This document shows positions 1 to 13,334 of a stretch of 64,000 nucleotides of DNA, piece by piece. The notes below the pieces were generated by a model. It was not told the origin of the DNA, made no database searches, and worked only from the letters and a program-made list of their open reading frames with translations. The position numbers and the translations under genes are program-made. Numbering within the stretch: position 1 is the first letter of the stretch; the number at the start of each line of letters is the position of its first letter. This stretch comes from Cenococcum geophilum (lineage: Eukaryota), in NCBI GenBank assembly GCA_050273025.1, contig CP158635.1:16306001-16370000 (forward strand). Direction: 5' to 3'.

Positions 1-817
1 CTACAGCTGTATATTAGCGTAGTATTTACTTTAGTAAAATATAATACGGTATAGAAGAAAGCCATTAACTTATTTTACGGTACAAGTTATTATATTAAAG
101 GTAAATTCGTCCCAATTTTCATTAATAAGTTTCGCGTATAAAGCTACCCCTAGTAGTAAGGAGTCTTCCCAGTCGTTTAAAGTAGGTATAGCCATGTTTT
201 TAGAGGGAGGGAAGTGTTATTAGTATAGGGATTATTATTTAGTACGCGTTCGTGATATATATTTGTCATTTAGTACATATTTATTATTTAGTACGCGTTT
301 ATAACGTATATTTACGATTATAGGGCTTAGAACCAATTCTGGCCTTAAATCGCGAAGACTTATAAAGCGTGTTATTCTGCGTAATGGACGCAAGAATCCA
401 TAATCTTAGAAAGGCTCAGGACTAGTTCTGGCCTTTAGATCCTTAAATTTATAGAAGAGTTCTATTTAAGGTTTAGGACCAGTTCTAACCTCAAAAGACA
501 GCTTCCTTTAGCATAAGTAGCACTAGTACAGTAGCTCGTCTCTTCTTAGTAATACCTAGCTGTTCTATAGTATAACAGTAAAGTTAACCACTAATCAGTG
601 TTGGTTACATAAGGGGATATCACGTAGCTACGGTTCGTAGATAGTATAATAATAATTATTCTATATTCCAAAAATGAGGGAGGGCGAGGAGCTTAAGGCT
701 CCTCGCCACGCTAGTGCCGCGGCGACACATGACGGCAACTTGCCGCACGTAACGGCAACTTGCCACACGTGACGGCAATATGCCTTATATGGTGACCACT
801 TACCTCTATTCCTAACA
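1..817 (-). mobile_element. Ty1/Copia LTR retrotransposon, 5' LTR (599-817) plus leader; continues off the left edge; RIP-mutated
   Basis: 599-817 is TGTTGG...CCTAACA, the reverse complement of the LTRs at 20214-20410 and 26022-26218 with one extra ~20 bp internal repeat; 1-598 is the reverse complement of the leader at ~20411-20960. Confidence 0.9.
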
Positions 818-2098
818 GTAAGAAAAGACACATTCTATCCCCGCCTATTACTATTAGGATATTAGCAGAAATCTTAAATAGCGCGTTAGAGCCTATAAGT
901 CTTATACACATAAACAGCGGGGATTTAGTATAATTAGCGAAATCTAGAATAGGATAGAATGGGAAATACTAGGACGTAGGTCTTTCTCCTACTGCGATAA
1001 TAGGAGCACTTGGATTTATTTTCGCTAAAGCGAGGCATCTTATAGACATAGGAAGGATCCTATATAAGAGCATAAACGCAGCAACGATAGCATTTTAGGG
1101 AAACTGCTATAGGAGTAACAGACGCTATCTAGGGCGTCACCGGGAGATTAATAATACTGCCGCCGGTTTAGGGACGCGCAGAAGGACTATAAGCTATTAT
1201 AAGAGAATACTCTAAGAAGTTAGCATTATTATAAGAGATAAGGTAGAGATCCTATTGCTTATAAACGCGTTAAGAAAAGATAATAAGGTAGTAATAGAAG
1301 TACAGCTAAAGATACAGAAGCTAAAAGGCGAGATATAATGAAAACAGCCTATTTAAGAATAAGACGAATGGTATTATTAATAGAAGGACGAGGGAGAGAC
1401 GACAACTTATAAACAGAAAGAAATTAAAATAAAAAATATTATTATTAAGGCCTATTTAGGTAAATAGAAATAGTGGTTAGTTAATACATTACACCAGATA
1501 ACCTCTAGATCTATTTACAATAAATTCCCAAAATTAGAGAGGTAAATCCCACTAAATTTTTATTACTATTATTAAAATCCTATTATAAAAACACTATAAG
1601 GAGCTAGGGTAGGAGAAAAGCAAAGGAACGAAAGATAAAGTAAAGTTCCGCGCTAGTAAAGAGCTGGCAATAAGTCGCATTATAGAGTACCTTTCTATTA
1701 AGGGTTTCCCTAATAGTTTTAGCCGGAACTCTATAAAAGCTTAGTAGAGGCAAAGTCTTAAAGGACTAAGACCCTAAAAGGGGAGGCAATTATAACGGAA
1801 TCCCCTAAAAGGTACATATCCAATAAGACGGTAGGAGGTTTTATCTATATCCCATCTATATTCCAGAAGACACAGTTAGATAAGTTAAGGGCGAAAGGTT
1901 TTACTAGCGTCTTAAAAGAAATATATAGGAAGCTAGTTCCCCTCTAAAGAAGAACTAGCGATTAGTCTCTAAATAGAAGTGGTTAGAAGCATTTGTCCTT
2001 TAATATATAAAACTTATTTTACCTTTAACTTACCTTCTACTTACTAGTAACACTGTTAATTAGATAATTATACGTTCTGGTTAAGCTGGCCTCTTACA
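818..2098 (+). mobile_element. 3' part of a Gypsy-type LTR retrotransposon (family E): antisense ORF relic, PPT and 3' LTR (~1791-2098)
   Basis: Polypurine tract AAAAGGGGAGG just before TATAACGG (RIP form of TGTAACGG) at 1791; LTR ends ...CTCTTACA at 2098; the partner LTR is not in the window. Confidence 0.6.
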
Positions 2099-5000
2099 AT
2101 ACTATAGCTCTAGTAGGTTTATATAAAACACTATATATATATAGGCTATAAATAGGGGTAGCTAGAAATAGTAGGCTAGCTTATTAATTTATCCCTTAAC
2201 TTAAAAAGAACTTAGATATCTTATATTAAGCTTCTTTAATAGTTAATTGGTTTTAATATTTGTTAAATATAATAAAACCTTATTACCTACTCTAAAATAC
2301 TTATCCTAGTATTTGCGGTTATACTAAAGTCTTTACTATACTTAGGCATCTTATAGGCTCTACTTTATATACTTTTATTACTCCTCCTATTCCTAGAGGT
2401 ATCCTTATACTCTCTAATAGATATTCTTAAACTTCTTAGTAAGATCCTATAATTAATTATACAGCCCTAGCTAGTAATTTATAGGTAAAACTCTAGTTCC
2501 TAGTTCTAGCATTCTATTTACTTATCCGTTTATAAGTAAAAAGCTATACTATAATAGTAGTTTATCTTTAAATAAAAGTATAAATCTAACTAGTATTGGC
2601 TTATAAAGACGCTGCCCCTATTAGTAATAATAAAGTACGGCTAGTCTACTTTAAAAAAGCATTTCTCCTTAATTATGTTAGTAAGCGCTTATATATTAGT
2701 TATCTTATTAATGGGAAGGTATTATATATACTTTAAAAACCTATTAATAAGTATAAGGACCAAATTATATATTTATCCTTGGCCATTTTTAATTAGCGGG
2801 AGATCCGTAATAAGGTCTATAGCGTAATATTACTATAGCTTACTAGTAGGGAGAACTAATTTAAGTAGACCCTATAGCTTATGCCTACGGATCTTATATA
2901 CTTAATACTTCTTATAATAGCTAATATACTTCTTTACTTCCTACTTAGGCTTTAGCTAATAATATTTACGCTAGGGTAATTCTACTATTTTAGCTTAACT
3001 ATAGTAGTCGCCTAAAGGATTATTATAATTCTTTATAAGAATCTTTTGTTATAAATTTGCTTTTTATAGCACCTAAACCTTACTATTTCTATATAGTAGG
3101 CCTATTAGGTCTAGTTTCTAATTTTAATACCTTATAGCTTTCTTTCCGTTATATTTCTAATCTATTTTCGCATTAAAGATAGTATAGAAGGTATCCCTTT
3201 ATTATATCTTATAGATAAAATCCATTAACCTTTTAGATAGTTTTTAGGTAAATATTATTTTATTTTATACTACTCTAAGTATAAAACTAAATAGTACTAT
3301 AGATCTTATAGCTTCTTAGTACGTATATATTAGGAAGGCCACTATAAGATTAAAGTCCTTTAATTGTTATAGGGCTCCGAGTTCTAATTATTCTATAGCT
3401 TTACTATTAGTTTAAGGGGATAGCTTAGTAATTAGAGGGAGTATATTACTAGGTTCTAAATTTATATTAGGGATATCCTATCTAGGTATATTTAGACCCT
3501 TAATAATAATAAACTGGGTACTAGCTAGAACGTTAATAAAAGCTAATAGGGTTTATACCGCCTAAGACTTAGTATATAGAGCTATAAGTACTTAAGCATT
3601 CTATACCCGGAGCTTATTCTATAATATAGGGAGTAAAATATCCATTATCTGTTTTTCTTCTCCTATTTTAGAACCTTTAGTATAGTCTAGCCGTTATAAC
3701 AGTTTATTAGCAGGGTTGTTTTCCCCTAGCTTATATTTAATCTTTAAATTAAATTATATAAGCTCCTTTACTTATTTAGCTTATTAAGGTATAAGCTCCT
3801 TTATAGTTATAAAGTAGCGTAAATTATAGTAATCTAAAAGTATATAAGTAGTATAGCTTATATACTTAAGGTAATATCACTACTACTTAAAGCAGTTAAC
3901 TATAGCTAGCAGTTTCTTATCGTGAGTATAATACCTAACTTTAGGCCCCTAAAATTTTCTATTATAGAATACTATAAGTTTTTAGTAGAGTTAGGTAGTA
4001 TCTAGATACCTATTAGGTTATAGTAGGATATTAATAAGGGCAAAATTTAATATATTAGTAATTGTTGTTAATAGCTAATCTAGGTTAAAATACCATAGTA
4101 ATAAAGCTTTTATAAACTTTATATATAGTTCCTAAAAGGCCTCCTAACCCTTTTTAGGCTATAACTATAGTTTATTCTATTAAGTTAGTCCCTTTTTAGT
4201 TTTCTTCCTTCTTACCTTTAAGCTTTTTACTTCTTAGGCTAGGGTTTAAAATGCTTATATAATATAATTAGATAGATATTAGGCGATATCTAAGTAGTTA
4301 TAGATAAAGTGCCTATAGAAATTGGCAAAGCCTAGGAATACTTAGATATTCTAGTAGCTCTTTTAGCTCTAGCTACTTTTTAGATTATCTATATCTGTAC
4401 TAGGTCTATAACTATACCTATAGGCGTTATAATATAACCTAGGAACTTAACCTACTTAATATTAAAAATATACTTTAACGCCGTAGCGCAGAGGCCCTAA
4501 TTATCTAAATATTCTAGTACTTTGGGGATATATTACTTATACTAATCCTTATCTTCTAAGTAAATTAGAACATTATCTAAATAAATAATATATATATGTT
4601 ACGAACGCTTTAAGTACAATATTACGACTACTTGGGGAAGAGTTGAAAGAAGCTAGTTAATTAATTTAGGCATAGTCTAGGATGGAGCTAATAGAGCTAT
4701 ATAACGAGGAATGGTAATTAAGGACACATAACGTGATCTGTATAATCTGTAAGATCTATATAATCCGTAACAGAGCAGATAGAGTATACGTATATTACGT
4801 ATAAGAGGGATTTTATAGGAGTACGGTTGTGTATTTAAGGACCCTTAGTCCCTACCTAGATAGTTCCTTCCTTATAGTGATTCTTAGAATATAATTAGAG
4901 TTAATCTATTAGGCAACCACTCTACCAGTTATTATTACGTTGTTAGCTTTAATTTGCATTACCTATATACTAAGCCTATTAATAAGCCTATCGTAGTACC

Positions 5001-5353
5001 TACTATAAGGTTCCGTTATATAATCACTACTAGGTTATAGTATTAAATATAGAAAGTTAAATAATATGCCACTAAAAGCAGCTACCACGACGCTATTAAC
5101 GGCGGCAACTACTTTAAGGTTAGGAAACGACACTAGCATAGTAGACACTGACTTATAGCAACCTATAACGGTTAGACAGTTATAAGAGATAGTTAACCAG
5201 TTAACAGAAAATAATATAATATTAGAAAATAGGATTAACGGGATAGGAGTAGCAAAGATTAAGTTACTATTAATTAAGAGATTCTTAGGAGAAAGGTTAA
5301 AACTTAAGGGATTTCTTACGTAAATGCACTTTAAGGTTATATAAGAAGGGGTA

Positions 5354-5768
5354 CCGGGTGGCAGAACTCGACAGAATTTGGCAGAATATGGTAAAATAAT
5401 TACCTTTATACGACTTTCGACTTTCGACTTTCTATACCACCAGCCTTGCGGGCCGCTGGCCTACGCCCTACCTGGACGACTGGAGCAGTTAATGGTTATA
5501 ACGGAACCTAGCCCTAGCTACACACCCACCGGACGGACCTAGGAGTACGCATTAAGATGGCTTTTCTGTAGCGCCTCAAGGAGACGTCTACTTGTGCTTA
5601 GTAGTCACTAATTAGAAGAGAGGCCATATAGGCCGTATAATAGAAGAAGGAGAGGTTTTATCCGGCTCTGTATGGTTCCCCTCTTATGTATATAATATAC
5701 CTATATAGACCCGCTGCATGGACCCTAATGGGAACCGCAACAGCGTAATTGAATATTATTATTATTAT
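5354..5768 (+). mobile_element. ~415 bp SINE-like non-autonomous non-LTR retroelement
   Basis: 14 bp TSD TATAAGAAGGGGTA (5340-5353 and 5769-5782); (ATT)n tail; absent from the equivalent gag position in sister copy D (~60350). Confidence 0.85.
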
Positions 5769-8040
5769 TATAAGAAGGGGTAAAGCTACTAATACCTATA
5801 GATCGAATAGTATATACGGGACTATTCCTATTAGAAAGGGCACTTAAGTAGTTTAAGCCCTACTTTACGGAAATATAGGCAAACGAAATAATAACCACTA
5901 ACTAGGAGGTATAATTTATATTCTTAAGTTAGGAGGGGTTTATAAAGCGACTTATATAAATATTTAGAGACCTAGAGGTAGTAACCACGGCGGAAAGAAA
6001 ACTCTAAGATATTACGTAATAAACCTTAGCAATTAAGTATACAACGCAGTTCTAGACGTTAGCTACTTAAGTTAAGTAGAATAATAAGGCGCTTATAATA
6101 CAGTATAAACAAGGACTTAAGGCTAAAGTTTAGGACGTAATTATTTTAATAAAAGATGCGGAAACCCTATGGGATTTAATAGATTAAGTAATTAAGATTA
6201 ATAATTAGATCTACTAAAGGGAATAGGCTAAGAGAGGTTAGGATAGAGTTCTATAATTATATAAGGCGTAGAGCACATAATGACTAAAGCTAAGTTAGAA
6301 ACTATAGTATGGCGCAGAGCTAATAGACCTAAGTAGTACTAAAAAAGCCTATAAGAGATAGAGTAAGAAACTATAAAAACCTAGAGGTTAAGGATCTAGT
6401 AATTATAGGATTAAAGAGCAGAGGCTAAACTAGGGATCTTAGTAGTAGAAGACGTTTAGGCGGACTTTATAGTAAAGCTAGTAGTTTAAAGACGGAGCTT
6501 ATATAAATTATAGAAAATAAGGTTACTTTATAAGGGATTATAAAGATAGTTAGAGTTACTATATAATAAAGGGAACTAGACTAGCAGAAGATATATATAA
6601 ATAGAGGGATAATAGTATACTGCGAGAAATAAAAGAATGTTTAATTAGAAGTTTCGCGTTTTATTATAATAACGTATGCTAAATTTATAAAGACGCTAAG
6701 TATAGTATAAGCTATTAGCTATAGGAGCTAAAATTCTTAAAGTATAGGGGAACTAATAAACCATTACGCAGACTAGATATTAAAGACGACAAGTTTAATA
6801 TAGGCGAAACATTTGTAAATAATAAGGTAATAAGGGCAGCTTACTAGGAGCATGTAAACCTTAAAGAAGTTATATTAAAAGTAGAGACTAAGACCGCTAT
6901 AAAGCAAGGTTTAGTAACGGGAATTATAACACTATTAGATACAGTATCTATTGCTTTATAAGATAAAAGGAAGAGTATCTTATAGAGACTAAGTAAGCAG
7001 ACAACTGCTAATACTAATTTATTACTTAATAAAGGCAAAAGGCTAAAGGCTTAAGACTCTTAAGATAAGATAAGAGATAACTAAGATTCTTAAAATAAGA
7101 TAAGGTATACCTAAGGACCTATAACGGATAGAAACCAATAAAGTAGGGTAATAGCTTAGTTTAAAGATATATAAATGAGCTCGGGATAGAATTTCCCACA
7201 GGTATAAGACTCTTAAGACGAGATAAGTAAGATTTAAGACTCTTAAGATAAAATAAGAACACCTAAGCCTAGTTAGACTAAGGTAGGAGTAAAGCTTAAG
7301 ATAGAAGTAAGCTTAGGATTAAGAATCCTATAGAACTAAGACTTTAAGACATAAATAAGGGCTATTAATGAAATTAAGAAGTAAGAAGACTTTAAGGATT
7401 TACTTATAAGACGCGAAAAGAAAGAAACTATAGAGGAATTTAGAGTAAGAATTACCTTATAGTAAAACCAGAAACTAGATAAGAGATTTAGTATACTAGG
7501 CTATATAAGGGACAGAGTACCTATATAAAGAATTACTAATAGGCTTAGGGCAGGCATACTAAGAGCTAAGTAGCTTACTAAATTAGAATAAGAAGAGGAT
7601 CTAGGGATTCTAATTAGATTTAAGGAACGATATACTAAAGGCTGTTATAATATAGTAATAAGAAGATACTTCCTTACGGACGAGCCGTATATACTTAAAG
7701 GGCTGTATTAAAAGTGGTATAGGCAACAATATAATAATAAGTAAGAAGATTTCTATATATAGTTAGACGAAAAAGCTATCTAAAACCACCTAATTATAGA
7801 AAAAGCTATAAGTTATATTAAAGGAGCCTTAATTATAATATTAAAAGATCTAGAGGAGTAATTAGAGGACTAGAGAAGCGAGAGATAAATCTTAGTACCT
7901 ATAAATAAAGTCGTAACGCTTAGATTAACCTAAGAAAGGTTTAAACTTAAGGATAAAGATAAGCTAAGAGTTAACCTAAAACACTAAGTATATTATATGT
8001 TAGCATAGATTATATATATAGATAATGCGTATAATATATA

Positions 8041-11000
8041 ATAATAAATTTAATTTACCGCCCGTCCCGGTCCCCCTAGTGGGTCCACGCAGGCTAATAC
8101 CTTCTATAGGAAAAACTCTATCTTAGAGAAAACCCGATCGCAGGCCGCGCTAGAGAGACGACAGCGTTCTAATATTGGGGCGCTAGCGACTTGTCTTCTA
8201 CCTGGCTAAAAGTCTATATATTAAGCCAATTAACCACGCTTCGCGGACAATCTTACACTACCCCTTCTTCCCTTATTCTTTTACCCTTATTCTTTTACCA
8301 GTCCTCTAAGCTTTAAAAGGGCTAGTATTTACTTATATCCTCTGTATCTATTGCCTTTATAGCCCAGAACTAAGTTAAGGCACCTAATTATACTAGCCAT
8401 TTTACAGCCGCTTAGGCACTTCTTTTATTACTTAAAATATCTTAAAGGCGTTTAAAGGCGCATTATACTATAAAGTCTACCCTTTAGTATTATAGACATT
8501 AGAATAATATATAGTATACTATCTGCCTTATCTAACTGCATTTATACCATGGGAGAATTTCTAATACTCTAATAGATATAAGCTATATATTAAGCCCTAT
8601 TACTTCTATATAAAGAAGAAATAATACTATAGCCTTAGCTTTTGTTAAATCTTTATATAGTGAAATTGTGGGTTTCTCCTATAGGGTCTTCCACGTGGTT
8701 TCTATACGATTTTTGGCCTTTACCTACTACTATTAGCGCCATTCTAGGTCTACCCATTTCGCGATAAGAGTGGTTTCCTGCTAGCGGTGCTAGTGACCTC
8801 CTATTTAGTGGCGGCGCTCCGTCTACGCTCTGCTAACGTTCCGCTGGCTACGCCTGCGGGGGTTTATTATAGCTTCCTACTCTATATAATCCTTCTAGTG
8901 TGTAAGGAACCCCTATATCTTATTCTTACGATCCTTTACGCGGTCTCTAAGCGCTTCTAGTAGTACTAGTAGCCGTTTTACTCTTTACTAGCGCTTTACT
9001 AGTATTTTCTAGATACCCTTAAGTGCCTCTACTAATTCCTTTTCTACCCTATTAAAAGCTGTTTTGGCGGCTCTTTAAAGGGTAGTTATTTTAACGTGGA
9101 GTTAGATTAAGGGAATAGCCGCTTCCTTCTTAATTGCAGCTATTAGTATTCGCTAATATACCCCTATAACCCTACGGAGGCACTAGTTCTAGACTTTTTA
9201 TAGCGGTTTAAGTAAGCTTTTCGCTGGCGTTCCGCCGTCGTCCCGCACTCCCTATACTTAGGCGCCGTATAGCATCGCTAGTCGGACGGTGGCCGTATAT
9301 AGGAGGCGCGAGCGGCGCATTAATAGGCCCTATATAGACGTAGTGATCCTTAATATCGCTTTAAAGGCTACTAAGCCTTTAGTTGCCGCCTTCTTAACCT
9401 ATTCTTTCTACTAAAGCTTAGGGTCCACCTAAATCCCTAGGATTCGCATACTAGTTTTCTAGGGAGCTATCTTACAGCTAGTGATACGCACGGTGGACGC
9501 AAGGTCTATAGTAGCGTGGCGTCGTTATCTTATAAAGTATATAAGCTAGTACTTTTTAGGGGCGAACGCCGCGCCGTATCGGTTTGCCTATATAGCGTAG
9601 CAATTATAGGTAGCTTCTAATCGTTAATAGTTTTCTGCTATAGAGTCCCCCTAAGTAATAAGGTTTATATTATCTATAAAGCTAAACCCTAGTATACCTC
9701 TATTAAGGCTCTGGAATTTCTCTAAAAGTTCTAATATAAAAAAGAGAAATAGAACTAGTAATAAGGGAGACCCCTAGGGTATACCTATCTATATCTAGAT
9801 TTAATTGCTCTTATATTCTATAAACTTAATATAGGTCTTATGTACTGTTAGGAAACTTTATATAAAGTCTATAATCTACTTTAAAAAGCCTTTTCTTTTT
9901 AGGATATAGAGGAGCCTTTTATAGGACACCTTATTAAATACCCCTACTAAGTCTAGGCTTAGCATTAATACTATATATCCGCGGCGCGTTCGCTACGTAG
10001 TTTATATGCAGGAGCTAAGCAGTTCTACCGCTAATAGTATAAACCGCTTACGCCTTACTCCTATCTAGTTCTAGGGAAGTAATTTATACTCTTCCGCTGC
10101 TTCTAATATAATATTAGCTACGTACTTCTCTAGGACTTTTACTAGTGTATTTTTAAGGGTAACTGGTCTATAACTACCTAGGAGAGAGTAGTCTTTCTTT
10201 TCTTCCTTATATAAAACTATAATTATAGATTCTTTAAGGCTTTTTAGTATTATTCTGTTAGTAAAGTAGTAACTAGCTGCTTTTACTAAATCTTTTACAA
10301 TTCCTAGCGCAATTGCTTTAAGAACCTTATTTAGTATACCGTTAGGCCCTAGGGCTTTTCCATTTAGAAGGTTTCTAATTAATTTATTAATTTCTTCTAT
10401 TAATATAATAGGGCTAATATTAAGTATTCTTTATTCTATTGTTACCTCTATTTTAATATCACTAAGATCTACTATTTCAGTTTTAGGGAAAAACTTAGCT
10501 ATAAGGATATCCGCTTTTATAGTATTATTATCTATTAAGGGGTCCTTAATAGACTTCCTAAGGTCTAGTAGATAGGGGTCCGCCTTCACTATACCTACTT
10601 TTCTGCTCCATTTTAATAGGATCTAAAGTCCTTTATTATAGGGCTTTATTTAGTCTTTAGTAAGTTTATAAATAAAGCGCCTTTAGTTATTATAGCTAAC
10701 TCTCCTAGTTTCTTTCTAGAGTTAATTACTTAGTGCTAGGTATCTTTATAAGTCCTAGGGGTTATTATAGTCCTAATACTATTATTGCGCCTAGCGGGCG
10801 CTGGCGTGGAGCTATATAGCTTATAGCGACTATTTTCAGCAAGCCTACTAGCTAGGCTGTACTTATAGGCGGTGTTTTTTAAGTGCTTATTTAATCCCTT
10901 CCTAAAGGGCTTAAAGGGGGTCTTTAGATGTAGCCTAGTTAAGTTCTTAGATGCTTTAGAGGAGGCCTTATAAGTCTAGCTTTTTAAGGATAAGGCGCCG

Positions 11001-13334
11001 GCGTTCCGCTAGCAAATAGCTCGTGTTATTAATTTAGATATAAATGGGTATATAGTCTCTTATAAGGGCCTATTTCTCTACTATACTATAGAAGTTAACT
11101 TTTCTATATAGATTTGGAGATATAAACGTAAGGTTAATTATACTCTCCTATTACCCTCTTTTCTATATAGGCTCTCCTTTTAGTATAGCGAGTATAAGAC
11201 CTCTAGTATTAGTTTCGGCTAATAGGCATTCCGCCTGTTCTTTGCTAGCTATATACTTTCTGCCCTATATTAGGTAGTAGGCGTTAAAGTCTCCTAGGAG
11301 TATAATTTCTCCCTTAGCCTCCTTAATAGCCGCTTTAACCTTAGGCTATATCCTAATCTAGGGGCTATCTGCGCGTAGGTTATAAATATTAATAATTATA
11401 ATCTCTAGCCCCTCTAGGCGCACCTAAAGGGCTATAGTAAAGGGGCTGTACTATCTGCGCTTTTAATGCGCGGTATTAATATTCCGGCTAATTATAAAGC
11501 AGACCTTTATTATAGGGTGGGCGTTATATATAAGTATAAATCCCCTAGGGTAGTATATTAACTTAGTATGCCTATTATATACCGGCTTCTAGACTATAAG
11601 GACCTAGTAGTCCGCTAGCGTAACGCTATTAAAGAAGGGGCAACACGCCCCTTAATTTGCATTTCCGCAGTCATACTAGATAATTATACACTTATTTATT
11701 TAGGGTAGGTATAGGCTTATCCATATCTGTGTCCTAATCCTCTTCGTTTTCGCTAGTAACTATTATTACTCTATTAGCGTGTAGCTAGAGCCTTAATTAT
11801 AAACTATCTCTACTTGCTTTATTAATAAAAGATAGTTTACCTAGTCCTTATTTAAGTGGTTATTCTTAGGTCCTTAACATTTCTCATTCTCTTTTTTTAT
11901 TTATTATAATTATAAAGTTTCCTAGTATTAGGGGTGGGGGTAGTATTATTTCTATAGCTTCTTATATATAAAGCGACTGCGTTAAAAGGGCCATCTTTTT
12001 TATTTAGATGCCCTTAAGGTAGCTTTAAAATGTCCTATACTCCTTTTTTTACTATGCTTTATAGGCTTTATTATAGTTAATATAGGATACCCTTTCCTTA
12101 AGGCAGTCTATAGTACTATATGGTCTTATATATTATTCGCATTTTATTTACTTTCCATATACGCTTTATATATATCCCTATTAATTATATTAGTAACATT
12201 ACTTTATAATTAAGCTGTTTTTAAATAGCCTAGTCTTAAAAAGCTAGGATTTAATAACTATCCTACTTTTTATAATCTTTTACTAGATTACCTAGGTTAG
12301 GATACTAATTATAAGTATTTCTCTAGTCTTCTTAGGTTTTCTTTAGGCACTACTAGGGCTTACCTAGCGTTTCGCCTGCGCTTTAGGGTCGTATAGCTAT
12401 TAGATCCGGCTAATAGCTACCTTAAGAATAAGGCGCTTTATAGCTTCGCAGATAGATTAAGTTAATTCTAAGTTATCTATATTCCTTCCACTATTAATTA
12501 GGGTCTTAAGTAGGACCCCAGAAACTTCTAGGAGGTAGTTTTTTCTTAATATCTTAAGTCCTAGCGCGTCTAATCCGTTTAGGATTTAATCCTTTATTAT
12601 TTAGGAGGGGACATAGACATCTATGTCCCCGCTATTAAGGGTATATACGGCGTATACACTTAATATTATTCTCTAAATAGTCTTAAGGAGCTCTCCTAGT
12701 TCGTGGCCTTGGGGCTCCTTAAGCTAAACGCGTACGGTCGCTCTCTGCGGTACCGCAACTACGTTTACTGTATAGGCCGCCTACGTAGTAACAGCTGCCT
12801 AGGTCTAGCCCTGTACCGGGGGAACTCCTAGACCTAGGGGTCCTCCTTTACACGTTTCCTTTTAGATTTTTATAATACTAGCTTTAATCCGGTTAAGCTA
12901 GGCCTTAGTATCTTTTTCCTAGGTTATTTAAGGCGCTAAACGCGTTAAGAGGGCTTTAACGCGTTATATTACCTCTTAAACAGCAACTAGTATCTAGTAT
13001 TGTGGGGTTTCTTTCTCCTCTTTTATAGGATTATCTTTAATTTATCTAAGTGTTTCCTTTAATTTTTGCTATTACTAGTTAAGCTAGCAGCTGTCCTTTC
13101 CTTATTATTGCCCGCCTAGTTTATAGTTTAGCTCCCTCGCGTTACGACTTTCATGACTCCAGCGGGAAGCTTGCGTCCCCCCGTTGTCCCCTATGCTTTA
13201 TAGATAGGGGCGACATAGTTTTATAGGATCTCTTGGTGCGGGGAATAGGATTCCGATATCGGATTGCTTTATTAAGTAGTTTTTAGGCTAGTTTCGCTGC
13301 TGTTAAGCTCTAGTAGATAATTATAGTAAGGCTT
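8041..13334 (-). mobile_element. Near full-length Tad1/CgT1-like LINE (ORF1, ORF2 with endonuclease and RT), RIP-inactivated
   Basis: 15 bp TSD TGCGTATAATATATA (8026-8040 and 13335-13349); (TAT)n tail at the 8041 end; minus-strand RT relics KALGPNG (~10345), GIP*GSPL..LFLFY (~9740-9790), FIDN (~9675), GAAFAPKK (~9560); endonuclease region ~11000-11690. Confidence 0.92.

Noticed and set aside
711..911. 66 aa ORF, and ORFs at 6844, 24658, 36107 and 58437
   Set aside because: Antisense or junction-spanning frames in RIP-mutated elements
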